Source: Candidatus Omnitrophota bacterium | GTDB taxonomy: Bacteria > Omnitrophota > Gorgyraeia > Duberdicusellales > 4484-171 | Length of the DNA stretch: 64,000 nucleotides | Assembly (NCBI GenBank): GCA_018826075.1 | Contig: JAHKAJ010000015.1 | Span: forward strand, 15,091 to 79,090 | Reading direction: 5' to 3' | Shown here: piece after piece, positions 49,483-58,958 of the stretch | How the letters are laid out: the number at the start of each line of letters is the position of its first letter | Numbering within the stretch: position 1 is the stretch's first letter | The notes under the pieces: model-generated | What the model was told of the DNA's origin: nothing | Databases searched by the model: none | Seen by the model: only the letters and a program-made list of their open reading frames with translations | Translations under genes and position numbers: made by a program

Positions 49483-49483
49483 C

Positions 49484-50185
49484 TTAATTTTTCACTACCA
49501 AACTCTTCTTTGCTTGTTCGTATCTCTCCGGGGTACCGATATCAACTAATTGCTGTTCAGTTACATAGCCAAAGCAATTTTTGTTTTTAAGTTTAGGGAA
49601 TAAATCATATTCCAAAGAAAATATCCCTTTAGGCATATAGGAAAAAATAGTTTTTTCCATAAAATATATACCTGCATTCATAAAGCCTTGTTTTTGAGAG
49701 TCGGCCCGCTCAGAAAAATCTTTTATCTGACCAAAATCATCCAAAGTAACTATTCCGCAATCTCCTGACTCTCTTGCCTTAACTAGAACTAAAGTAGTAA
49801 AAGCTTTTTTACTCTGATGAAAGTTGAAAACCTTATTAAAATCCAAATCACAAAAAGAATCACCATTTATAGCTAAAAATAAATCACTGGTAACTAACTT
49901 CTCGGCCTTCTTTAAGCCACCGCCAGTGCCCAAAGCGCTCTCTTCTTCAGAAAAAACTATATCCTCCCGGTCTTTAAAATACTCTATGACCTCTTCTCTT
50001 TTATAGCCAACACTTAAAATAAACCGCTTAAAACTAAATCTCTTAAGATTCGTAATTAAAAGATCCAAAAAAGGTTTGCCATTAATATCCGCTAAAACTT
50101 TAGGCTTATCAGCTAAAACTGATTGTAATCTTTCACCCTTTCCACCGCAAAGGATAACTACATCTATATTTGTTAAATCACTCAT
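49484..50185 (-). CDS. hddC: Sugar-1-phosphate nucleotidyltransferase (HddC-like)
   Basis: LCGGKGERL...PKVLA, LGTGG, NGDS, NAGIY, DIGTPE; next to HddA-like kinase. Confidence 0.75.
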   Translation of the reverse strand: MSDLTNIDVVILCGGKGERLQSVLADKPKVLADINGKPFLDLLITNLKRFSFKRFILSVGYKREEVIEYFKDREDIVFSEEESALGTGGGLKKAEKLVTSDLFLAINGDSFCDLDFNKVFNFHQSKKAFTTLVLVKARESGDCGIVTLDDFGQIKDFSERADSQKQGFMNAGIYFMEKTIFSYMPKGIFSLEYDLFPKLKNKNCFGYVTEQQLVDIGTPERYEQAKKSLVVKN

Positions 50186-51246
50186 TGCTTAATTATGGTT
50201 GAATTGCTAGCTATCTTTTCAGCCGCTAAAACATCCTTGTCAACATCTGCCCAAGACTGATGATCAGGAGCATAGTAAATTATCTGACTACCTAAAGTAT
50301 CAAACTTAAAAGGAACATAGAGTAACTCACCCAAAGCCTTTCTTACCTGAGGCTGAAGCTCAGGTTTAACAAAAAATAAAATAAACCCTCCACCACCGGC
50401 TCCCAAAAGTTTTCCGCCGCTGGCTCCGGCTCTGATAGCGCTTTCATATATTTCATCAATAACCGGAGTTGAGATCTTAGAAGTTAAACTCCTTTTTAAC
50501 ATCCAATTTTCATTAAGTAACTTACCAAACTCATCATAGCTATCTTTGCTTTGATTTAAAATATCCATTGCTGCAGCCACCATCTCATGCATAGCTGAAA
50601 GTTCCTTCTTTTTATTGGCCGTTTTTCTTATTTGCTCTTCGGCAATTTCAGAAGCAGTTCTTGAAAAACCAGTAAAAAACAACATTAGATGCTTTTGAAA
50701 ATGTTGCATTTTCTCAAGATCTACAGTTACCGGCTGAACTTCAATGTTATGGCTGTTAAAGGTAATTTCATTAAATCCGCCGAACGCGGCGATGGTTTGA
50801 TCTTGTGAACCAACATGCTCTTTGATTCGCTCCTGCTCAATGTGAATAGCTTCAAGCGCCAGCTGCTTCTTAGTTATCATATTGCCTTTTAAAGCATATA
50901 AAGCATTAAGCAAGCCTACGGTAAAAGATGAACTTGAGCCAAGACCGGTTCTAGCCGGCAAATCGCCATCATGATGTATTTCTACCCCCTTATCTAAATT
51001 CATAAAACCTAAACATTCCCTAACTGAGGGGTGTTTTATCTGAGAAAGCTTTTTTACTGCCTCGCGTTCTGAATAGACTATTCTATATTTATAACCAAAA
51101 AATGGCGGAAGGTACCGACAAGTTACATAACAATACTTATTAATTGAAGCTGAAATCACGGAGCCTTCATTTTCCTTATACCAAACCGGGTAATCAGTCC
51201 CTCCGCCAAAAAACGAAATTCTGAATGGAGTTCTGCTTATAATCAT
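50182..51246 (-). CDS. hddA: GHMP sugar kinase (HddA-like heptose-7-phosphate 1-kinase)
   Basis: RTPFRISFFGGGTD, DLPARTGLGSSSSF, GSQDQ, GGKLLGAGGGGF. Confidence 0.85.
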   Translation of the reverse strand: MIISRTPFRISFFGGGTDYPVWYKENEGSVISASINKYCYVTCRYLPPFFGYKYRIVYSEREAVKKLSQIKHPSVRECLGFMNLDKGVEIHHDGDLPARTGLGSSSSFTVGLLNALYALKGNMITKKQLALEAIHIEQERIKEHVGSQDQTIAAFGGFNEITFNSHNIEVQPVTVDLEKMQHFQKHLMLFFTGFSRTASEIAEEQIRKTANKKKELSAMHEMVAAAMDILNQSKDSYDEFGKLLNENWMLKRSLTSKISTPVIDEIYESAIRAGASGGKLLGAGGGGFILFFVKPELQPQVRKALGELLYVPFKFDTLGSQIIYYAPDHQSWADVDKDVLAAEKIASNSTIIKQ

Positions 51247-52217
51247 TTTGCCCCCACCATAGCTCTACAAGCTTCTTTAATCCGGTTTAGGATGCTGATT
51301 GTGTCTATCTGATTTATTTTATAGAGATGGTCACGGCCGCCAAGTTCAAAAACATACCTATCTTGGAAACCTAAACCTTTAAAGAAAACATTAGCTTGCC
51401 GATCATTTAAAATATTTAAAATCGCTGAATCCAGCCCGCCTTTTTTAATAAAAGCCTCTTCCAAAGTAATTACATATTTATAGTTCTTTAGAGTTTCAAA
51501 AATCAAATCTTCGTTCAAGGGTTTAATCAAAAGCATATCCAATAATCCGCAGTTAATACCTTGATTGCTAAGCTCCTCCACTACTTCACGAGCCTTGTGG
51601 GTCATGTAGCCGGTTGAAACTAAACAAACATTTTCACCTTTCTTAAGTTCATAAAATCCTCTTTCTAAATCCTCAAAAGTAATCGTATCGTAAATTTGCG
51701 GCAAGGGTTTGGCATCGAGCCGAAAGTATTTTGGTTTTTTAACCTTAAAAGAATATTCAGCCAAAGCCTTAGTTGCTACCCAATCACTGGGAGAAGCCAC
51801 AATAAAGTTAGGTAAAACTCGCATTAAAGCAATGTCCTCAAGACAATGGTGACTGGGTCCGGAGACATCATAACTTATCCCTGAACCAACTCCGACTAAA
51901 TTTATATTTAACTCCTTAGTTTGAGCAAGCAAAGATAAGTTATTTCTATTCTGTTCAAAAGCCCGCATAATTAAAAACGGTGCAATAGCATAAGCATAGA
52001 CGATGTAACCTTCCAAAGCCAACCCGGTTGAGATGTTAATTAAATTCTGCTCGGCAATTCCCACATTGATAAACCGGTCACTAAAATCTGCTCTCACTTT
52101 ATCGAGAACCGACGAACCAAAATCAGCCGATAAAAAGAAAATACTCTCATCTTTGGTCATTCGCTGATAAATCTGCTCAATAAAAGCATCACGCATTGTC
52201 TTCTTGCTAGGATTCAT
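51243..52217 (-). CDS. Transketolase-like, C-terminal (pyrimidine-binding) subunit
   Basis: MRDAF, SADFG, NVGIAEQN, RAFEQ, GPSHH, TLEE. Confidence 0.88.
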   Translation of the reverse strand: MNPSKKTMRDAFIEQIYQRMTKDESIFFLSADFGSSVLDKVRADFSDRFINVGIAEQNLINISTGLALEGYIVYAYAIAPFLIMRAFEQNRNNLSLLAQTKELNINLVGVGSGISYDVSGPSHHCLEDIALMRVLPNFIVASPSDWVATKALAEYSFKVKKPKYFRLDAKPLPQIYDTITFEDLERGFYELKKGENVCLVSTGYMTHKAREVVEELSNQGINCGLLDMLLIKPLNEDLIFETLKNYKYVITLEEAFIKKGGLDSAILNILNDRQANVFFKGLGFQDRYVFELGGRDHLYKINQIDTISILNRIKEACRAMVGAK

Positions 52218-53029
52218 AAGCTCGATTCCTCAACTAGAGCATCAACCTCTTGGGCCGAAAGAGACCGAACATGGCAAAGACTATCATTTTCTAATTTAGG
52301 GACCCCTTTTCCTTTTTTGGTTTGAGCAATAATGAGCTTAGGCTTAGAGTTTCTGTCTTTTTTGGCTTTCAGCAAAACTTCCTGCATTACCGCTGGGTTA
52401 TGACCGTCAACTTCTTGAGTCATCCAACCAAAAGCCTTAAATTTATCGGCTAAGGGAGTTAAATCAAGTATTTTACTGCAATAATCAAGCATGCAAATCT
52501 TATTGTTATCAATAATTAAAATTAGATTATCCAACTTATGATAGCCGGCAAACATAACTGCCTCCCAAACTGAACCTTCATAAAGCTCTCCATCACCAAG
52601 AACAACAAAAACGCTCTCAAGCCTATTCTTTCTCTTTAAACCTATAGCTACTCCTGAAGCCACGCCTAGGCCGTGGCCTAGGGAACCATTTATAGTTTCA
52701 TAGCCAGGAATCAGGGTGTCGGGGATACCACCCAAGAACGAGCCTTCCTTGCAAACAGTTAAAAGTTCTTTTTTATCAAAAAATCCTAAATCAGCTAAAA
52801 TCGGATATAAACAGATTGAACCATGGCCTTTGCTGACTATCAACCGGTCTCTGTCTTCGGCCCTAAGGTTTGTCGGGTCATATTTCAATACTTTGCCATA
52901 ATACAGAGCCACAAAAAGCTCAACACTGGATAACGAAGAGGCAATCCGGGTCTCAGGAGCTAACTTATGCACCTTTAAAGTTTCTTTACGCACCCAATTA
53001 GACTTTTCAACTAAGAAATTTGGCTGCAT
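52214..53029 (-). CDS. Transketolase-like, N-terminal (TPP-binding) subunit
   Basis: DRLIVSKGHG, GSLGHGL, GDGELYEGSVWEA...DNN, KGKG. Confidence 0.88.
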   Translation of the reverse strand: MQPNFLVEKSNWVRKETLKVHKLAPETRIASSLSSVELFVALYYGKVLKYDPTNLRAEDRDRLIVSKGHGSICLYPILADLGFFDKKELLTVCKEGSFLGGIPDTLIPGYETINGSLGHGLGVASGVAIGLKRKNRLESVFVVLGDGELYEGSVWEAVMFAGYHKLDNLILIIDNNKICMLDYCSKILDLTPLADKFKAFGWMTQEVDGHNPAVMQEVLLKAKKDRNSKPKLIIAQTKKGKGVPKLENDSLCHVRSLSAQEVDALVEESSL

Positions 53030-54516
53030 TCTAATGGATCCTCAAACAGCTTCCGGTTTAGTTTATGTTCCAACATCTGCTTTATATGTTCAAGCGTAGG
53101 TTGACCGAATTTTTCCTCAACCATCTTAAGATATCTAGGATTTTTATAATACTCATCAAAGGCCCGGTCTCTAAAACTTAACACCTCTTTGGCCGAAATA
53201 TGCTTAGTAGCCAAAGGAATAGTTTCTCGACTAATCTGTGAATATTCGAGCCAATTAGAAGAAAGTTTAATTCCCTGCTTTAGGGACTCCTGATAAAGCC
53301 TTGAACCAGGATAAGCCATGGTGGTGTAAAAATTAATATATTCGCAATTAAGCTCTTTTGCTAAATCTAAAGTCTCCTGCATTGATTCTAAATCATCATC
53401 GGGAAGGCCAAACATAAAATTACCGATTATGTTAATTCCTGCATCTTTGGTCATTTCAACCACTCTTTTTATTGCCGCCTGATCAAACCTACCCTTGGAA
53501 ACTTCCTCACGCACTTTTCTGCTAGCAGCTTCGATTCCATAAGCTAACCAATTTACTCCGGCTTTTTTTAACTTGTTCAAAATAGCTTCATCAACTGTAT
53601 CAATTCTGGCATAAGCCCAAATATTTAAATCATAGTTACGCTCAATCAATAAATCACAAAATTGGTTAACTCTTTCCTTATTAAGAACAAAAAGTTCATC
53701 AAGAATTTTAAAGTTTTTAACAGCATACTTCTTTACTAAAAAATCTATCTCTTCAACTACTTTTGAAATACTGCGATAACGTATTCCCGGTTGCCCATTG
53801 TACAACGCCCTGATATTGCAATATTTACAGTCAAAAGGACAACCCAAACTAGTATAGATAACTGCATAAGGACTGCGTTGATTGACATGGTCAAAACAAT
53901 GCCAATTGTGAGCACGGTATTTATCCATCGGCAAAAGATCCCAGGCAATAAACCCCAACTCATCTAAATCTTTAATTAAATCTGCCCAACCATTAGCAAT
54001 AACTTTCCCGTTTTTTACATACCAAAGACCTTTAATCAAAAGATCTCCCATTTCCTGATCAGTTTTCAATGTTTTTAAAAGTTCTAAAATCGGATAGAAA
54101 CTTTCTCCCCGACAAACAAAATCAACTGCTTCCTCCTTGAGAGTTTTCTCAGGCAAAGCTGAAACGTGAATACCATAGGCGACGGTCTTACCCTTAAGCT
54201 GCTTTGCTTTAAGCAGTTTTAAAACCTGACTGGCTGCGGCCATCTTAGGTGTTGATGCCGCCGATGGATTAGCCCCTATTGTACCAACGCCAATCAAAAT
54301 TGGATCGCAAGCAACGATTCTTTCAACGATCTCTTGAGTACTTAACTTTTCTGCATCAGCATCTATAATTGCGACTTCAAATCCCTTGTCGCGAATAAAA
54401 CTGGCTAACAAACCTGTCCATACTGGAGGTTCGATTCCAGAAAAAACCTCACTCAGTTTTCCATATGTGACTTTTTTATTGCCGGGATTTATTAGTAAAA
54501 GGTCTGGCTTATTCAT
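53011..54516 (-). CDS. Cobalamin-binding radical SAM protein
   Basis: IEPPVW, GIHVSALP, RGE, SLGCPFDCKYC, DELF, YGIE, YPGS. Confidence 0.9.
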   Translation of the reverse strand: MNKPDLLLINPGNKKVTYGKLSEVFSGIEPPVWTGLLASFIRDKGFEVAIIDADAEKLSTQEIVERIVACDPILIGVGTIGANPSAASTPKMAAASQVLKLLKAKQLKGKTVAYGIHVSALPEKTLKEEAVDFVCRGESFYPILELLKTLKTDQEMGDLLIKGLWYVKNGKVIANGWADLIKDLDELGFIAWDLLPMDKYRAHNWHCFDHVNQRSPYAVIYTSLGCPFDCKYCNIRALYNGQPGIRYRSISKVVEEIDFLVKKYAVKNFKILDELFVLNKERVNQFCDLLIERNYDLNIWAYARIDTVDEAILNKLKKAGVNWLAYGIEAASRKVREEVSKGRFDQAAIKRVVEMTKDAGINIIGNFMFGLPDDDLESMQETLDLAKELNCEYINFYTTMAYPGSRLYQESLKQGIKLSSNWLEYSQISRETIPLATKHISAKEVLSFRDRAFDEYYKNPRYLKMVEEKFGQPTLEHIKQMLEHKLNRKLFEDPLECSQIS

Positions 54517-54525
54517 TGAGCTCCT

Positions 54526-55458
54526 CTAAACGTTAGAATATTGATTCCTTTTTATAATCTGATATCCTTTTATCAATTCAGCAATTCCATCTTGGAGTGA
54601 AACATCAGGTTTTAATCCGGTAGCTTCGATTTTTTCATTACTAACAATATAGTCTCTTTTGTCGGGATCTTCGCCGATATCGGCTTCAACAAAATAAAAA
54701 TCAGGGAGTTGCTTCTTAATCTCCTGGCATAACTCTCCTTTGCTTAAATTAGCATCACTCAAACCTACGTTATAAGCCTGATTTTTCATAGTTTCAAAAT
54801 TACCTAAAGCATGAATAAAAGCCTTAGCCACATCACGAACATGGATATAATTTCTTTTGAAATGAGCCTGAAAAAGAACTATGAACTTATCGTTTACAGC
54901 TCGGTAAACAAAGTCATTAACTAAAAGATCGAGGCGCATTCGGGGGCTAACTCCAAAAGCAGTGGCTAAACGTAAAGTAATGACATTTCCAGATTCAAGC
55001 AGCATTTTTTCAGTTTCTACCTTTAACTTTCCATAAAGCGAAACCGGCCTTAAAGGAGTTTCCTCGGTACAAAAAATGTCTTTTTGGCCTATACCATAAC
55101 CACTATTGGTGGTTGGGTAGACGATAGTCTGATTTTGGCTACGTAAATCCAATATTAGCTTCACTGCGTCAAGAATAACGCTCCTGGCCACTAAAGGGTC
55201 TTTCTCGCAAAGCGGAGCGCCAGTAAGACAAGCTAAAGGAATAATAGCCTCCACTCCTTTCATGCTCTCGGAAATTATGCTTTTATCTCTGGCGTCACCA
55301 CGGATAATGGTTAATTTTTTATGATTGCAGCAATCTAGAAGTGAAGACTGATTATACATAAAGTTATCAACTACTCTTACTTCATGGCCATTATTAAGTA
55401 ATTGAGGAACTAATACTGATCCTATATAACCGGCCCCGCCAGTAACTACTATTCTCAT
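54526..55458 (-). CDS. NAD-dependent NDP-sugar epimerase/dehydratase
   Basis: VTGGAGYIGS, YGKLK, RLATAFG.SPRMRLDLLVN, RNYIHVRD, DKRDY. Confidence 0.88.
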   Translation of the reverse strand: MRIVVTGGAGYIGSVLVPQLLNNGHEVRVVDNFMYNQSSLLDCCNHKKLTIIRGDARDKSIISESMKGVEAIIPLACLTGAPLCEKDPLVARSVILDAVKLILDLRSQNQTIVYPTTNSGYGIGQKDIFCTEETPLRPVSLYGKLKVETEKMLLESGNVITLRLATAFGVSPRMRLDLLVNDFVYRAVNDKFIVLFQAHFKRNYIHVRDVAKAFIHALGNFETMKNQAYNVGLSDANLSKGELCQEIKKQLPDFYFVEADIGEDPDKRDYIVSNEKIEATGLKPDVSLQDGIAELIKGYQIIKRNQYSNV

Positions 55459-56423
55459 ATTTTCTTAACCCCCGTTTCAGCTTCATTGTTTGATAGTTTA
55501 ACCGCCGTTTGATAACCAAGATAGGTCTTAGCAATTCCTTCCTCTAGCGATGTTTTCGGCAGCCAGCCTAATTTTCTTATTTTTGTAGCATCTAAAGACT
55601 TCTCAGGAGCTCCGTCAGGTTTTGTGTTGTCAAAGATAAGTTCTCCTTTGTACCCGACAATATCTTTTATAACCATAGCTAATTCTTTTATCGAGATATT
55701 TTCTCCTGAGCCAAGGTTAATTGCTGTCGAACCATTATAACTAGTTATCAAAAAAATAGCCGCCTTGGCAACATCATCAATAAAAACAAATTCTCTTCTC
55801 GGATTACCACTTCCCCAAACAATCACCGAATCAAAATTATTAATCTTAGCTTGATGAAATTTATCAATTAAAGCCGGAAGCACATGTGAATCTTGAGAAC
55901 CAAAATGATCATCAGGACCATAAATATTTGAAGGTATAATACAGATAAAACTTGTTTTATACTGACGATTATAAGCCTCACACATTTTAACCCCGGCAAT
56001 TTTAGCTATAGCATAAGGTTCACTGGTTGACTCTAGGCGCCCTGTCAGCAGGTTATCTTCATTCATCGGCTGAAGGCAATGCTTAGGATACATGCAAGCA
56101 CTGCCAAAGAATAAAAGCTTTTTAACTCCCGAAGCGTATGCCGAATGGATGGTATTGGTCTGGATCATAAGGTTCTCGTAGATAAAATCTGCTGGATAGC
56201 TACTGTTTGCACCGATTCCACCGACCCGGGCAGCAGCTAAAAATACATAATCGGGCCTCTCCTGACTGAAAAATCTTTCAACTTCTATCTGCCGAGTAAG
56301 ATCCAATTCTTGATGGCTTCTGGTTAGTAGATTGGTATAGCCTTTTTTATTAAGTTCACGAACTAAGGATTTTCCGACTAATCCTGTGTGTCCGGCAACA
56401 TAAATCCTAGCCTGTTTTTCCAT
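55455..56423 (-). CDS. fcl: GDP-L-fucose synthase-like epimerase/reductase
   Basis: YVAGHTGLVG, LAAARVGGI, GSACMYP, YAIAK, SHVLPA, VWGSG.PRREF, KPDG. Confidence 0.88.
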   Translation of the reverse strand: MEKQARIYVAGHTGLVGKSLVRELNKKGYTNLLTRSHQELDLTRQIEVERFFSQERPDYVFLAAARVGGIGANSSYPADFIYENLMIQTNTIHSAYASGVKKLLFFGSACMYPKHCLQPMNEDNLLTGRLESTSEPYAIAKIAGVKMCEAYNRQYKTSFICIIPSNIYGPDDHFGSQDSHVLPALIDKFHQAKINNFDSVIVWGSGNPRREFVFIDDVAKAAIFLITSYNGSTAINLGSGENISIKELAMVIKDIVGYKGELIFDNTKPDGAPEKSLDATKIRKLGWLPKTSLEEGIAKTYLGYQTAVKLSNNEAETGVKKI

Positions 56424-56427
56424 AAAT

Positions 56428-58404
56428 CTAAATACCCAACTTCTCTTCAGTCCAGGTCCGTTTTTCCTTATACCACTGGACAGTATTTTTTATTCCGGTT
56501 TTAAAATCTACCTGGGTTGAGAAACCCAAAGCCGAGATCTTTGATGAATCCAGGCAATAGCGAAAATCATGGCCTGGACGGTCAGTGACAAAATCAATAC
56601 AGTCTTTATCTTTTCCCAATAGTTTTAAGATCTCTCTGGCTAAATCGATATTTCTTTTCTCAACCCCTGAGCCTAAGTTATAGACTTCGCCAAGCTTTCC
56701 CTTGTCCATGACCAAAGCAATACCCCGGACACAATCGGTAACATAAAGCCATTCGCGTTTATTCAATCCTTGAGCATAGACCGGAATTTTTCTATCGGCT
56801 AAAACACTGGAGATCGCCACCGGGATAAACTTTTCCGGGTATTGCCAGGGGCCGTAATTATTGGAAGGCCTGATGGTCACTGCCGGAAAACCATAAGTCC
56901 GGACATAGGCTCGAACTAGGAAATCTGCGGCAGCCTTAGAAGCTGAATACGGCGAATTAGGCGCCAAAGGATGATTTTCCTTAAACTTACCTTTTTCAAT
57001 ATCACCGTAAACTTCATCGGTGGAAATATGGACAAACCTCTTTACCTTATATTTGCGGGCGCAGGCTAAAAGGTTAAGAGTACCCCGGACATTGACTTCT
57101 TCAAAAATAAACGGGTCTCTGATTGAATTATCGACATGGGTATTATGACAAACTACATTTCCTATTCCACAAACGAAATTGTGGCTCTTCTCTACTTCCA
57201 GATCATAAACCCAACCTTCATATTGAATTTCCTGTTTTTTTCTCTTCACCAATCCATAATGCTGGCCAGATAATTCAGTCTTAAACTCCCAGCTTCTTTT
57301 ATAGTTCTTTCTATCGCATTCAAAAACTTTGAATTTTTTTCCTTGTAATGTTAAAAGGAGGCTGATTTGATTCGTTAATTTGTAAGAAGTAGTCGAATAC
57401 CTGCCATCTTTAGTGCCATCACCTTCGAGTAACTTACTCCAAAAAAAACTCCGTTGATTAGCTTCTAAATCAAAAATCCAATCTGGGAAGAATTTTCCAT
57501 CACAATATTTTCCACAATTTTTTATTAAATAATTGAAAAACTTTTTATTGGACACCTGTAAATAAAACACATCTTTATGCTGTTTATTTTTATGCTTACC
57601 GATATAGCATTTTAACGAAAATTCTTTTCTAATTAGTTCTCCTATATGTTCAATCCATCCCTTGTTAGCTTGATTAATTTCTATGATATATCCGCCATTA
57701 GCCTTATTGAAAGTCGCATTTCCTTCTGTTATATAGGCTGCTAGAATTTCCAAAAGTGCCAAGCTTTTTCTCTTATTCCTTTTTTTTATTTCATTTATTT
57801 CTCTAATAACCAATAACTCCGGGTTAGTGTGCGGATTAGTCAACTCAAGACTTGAACTATAAATAGAATGGTTTGGAGTTGCTTTTATAACTCCATGCTT
57901 CTGAATTAGTTTTATAATCTTACCTTTATACCTATGTCGAGTAATTGCTTTGACTGGCATCCATTGGCCACCATTCAGAAAACTTAAAATTTTCGTCTGC
58001 TTGCCTCTTAAAAATATCGCTTCCCCCTTTTCGTTCTTTATGGGCTTATTATTTTTAGCCTGTTCTTTCCACAGCTCACCAAAGGTAATTGTTCTTGTCC
58101 CTATCCTGGGGACAGATTGAACTGGGACATAAATATCCTCGGGAATGCTTTCAGCCGCTAAATGTACCACCGTGTCTATAGGATGTGGAAAAATCTCTTC
58201 AATGTCAGAAATATTTCTTAAATCAGCCTTGATAAAATGATAACTTTTATTTTTGGAAACATCTTTCAAGCGGGCTAAATCTCCGGCGTAACTTAAATTA
58301 TCCAGGTTAAAGACGTTACAGTCGCGCTTATTTTCTAAAAGATAACGCACAAAATGCGATCCAATAAACCCTAAACCACCGGTAACTAAAATATTTTTAG
58401 CCAT
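56428..58404 (-). CDS. rfbB: dTDP-glucose 4,6-dehydratase interrupted by an intein (322-aa extein + 336-aa intein)
   Basis: VTGGLGFIGS, DNLSYAG, HLAAE|...|THVDNSI, HISTDEVYG, PYSASK, NNYGP, DRPGHD. Confidence 0.93.
   Translation of the reverse strand: MAKNILVTGGLGFIGSHFVRYLLENKRDCNVFNLDNLSYAGDLARLKDVSKNKSYHFIKADLRNISDIEEIFPHPIDTVVHLAAESIPEDIYVPVQSVPRIGTRTITFGELWKEQAKNNKPIKNEKGEAIFLRGKQTKILSFLNGGQWMPVKAITRHRYKGKIIKLIQKHGVIKATPNHSIYSSSLELTNPHTNPELLVIREINEIKKRNKRKSLALLEILAAYITEGNATFNKANGGYIIEINQANKGWIEHIGELIRKEFSLKCYIGKHKNKQHKDVFYLQVSNKKFFNYLIKNCGKYCDGKFFPDWIFDLEANQRSFFWSKLLEGDGTKDGRYSTTSYKLTNQISLLLTLQGKKFKVFECDRKNYKRSWEFKTELSGQHYGLVKRKKQEIQYEGWVYDLEVEKSHNFVCGIGNVVCHNTHVDNSIRDPFIFEEVNVRGTLNLLACARKYKVKRFVHISTDEVYGDIEKGKFKENHPLAPNSPYSASKAAADFLVRAYVRTYGFPAVTIRPSNNYGPWQYPEKFIPVAISSVLADRKIPVYAQGLNKREWLYVTDCVRGIALVMDKGKLGEVYNLGSGVEKRNIDLAREILKLLGKDKDCIDFVTDRPGHDFRYCLDSSKISALGFSTQVDFKTGIKNTVQWYKEKRTWTEEKLGI
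57142..58149 (-). mobile_element. Intein with LAGLIDADG(DOD)-type homing endonuclease domain
   Basis: Starts Ser (SIPEDIYV), block B ATPNH, LAAYITEG and LLEGDG helices, block F/G VYDLEVEKSHNF...VVCHN, +1 Thr; removal restores HLAAETHVD. Confidence 0.92.
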
Positions 58405-58957
58405 AGTTAAATCCTACATCGGCATCCTGCAAAGTAGGCCATTTTTTATCCCGTTCTGACAGAATCGGTTCTAAGCTGGGCCAGTGGACATCAATGGTCC
58501 GGTCTGACCAGATGATCCCCCGGTCGTCAGCCGGAGAATACTCATTGCTACAGCTATAGATGACTTCGCTGTTTTCCTCAAGGGTACAGAAACCGTGAGC
58601 AAAACCTTCGGGGATATAAAGCATAGCCTGATTTTTAGTCGAAAGCACAGCTGAAACCCAACGGCCAAAAGTAGCTGAACCCCGCCTGATATCCACTGCT
58701 ACATCAAGGATGCCTCCCGAAACCACCCTGACTAATTTTGCCTGCTGCATTGGTTTTTTCTGAAAATGTAAACCCCGGATCACTCCTTTAGCAAAAGTTT
58801 TAGAGTGATTCTCCTGAACAAACCGGTCTTTGATCCCGAATTTGGCAAAATCGCTTTCCTTATAGGTTTCCATAAAAAACCCCCGTTCATCGCCGATTAA
58901 GCGGGGCTTGATCAAGACCACTTCCGAGATTTCCAACCTTTTAAATTCAAAGGGCAT
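58397..58957 (-). CDS. rfbC: dTDP-4-dehydrorhamnose 3,5-epimerase
   Basis: DERGFFME, QENHS, RGLHFQ, DVAVDIR, PEGFAHGF. Confidence 0.93.
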   Translation of the reverse strand: MPFEFKRLEISEVVLIKPRLIGDERGFFMETYKESDFAKFGIKDRFVQENHSKTFAKGVIRGLHFQKKPMQQAKLVRVVSGGILDVAVDIRRGSATFGRWVSAVLSTKNQAMLYIPEGFAHGFCTLEENSEVIYSCSNEYSPADDRGIIWSDRTIDVHWPSLEPILSERDKKWPTLQDADVGFNYG

Positions 58958-58958
58958 T

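Noticed and set aside
51243-53029. Transketolase split as a frameshift or pseudogene
   Set aside because: Both halves have their own starts, overlap by ATGA and break at the normal domain boundary of two-subunit transketolase-like enzymes
56428-58404. Insert in rfbB as a group I/II intron, IS element or domain fusion
   Set aside because: It is in frame, stop-free, bounded by Ser...His-Asn/Thr splice residues, and shows no terminal repeats, transposase or reverse transcriptase motifs
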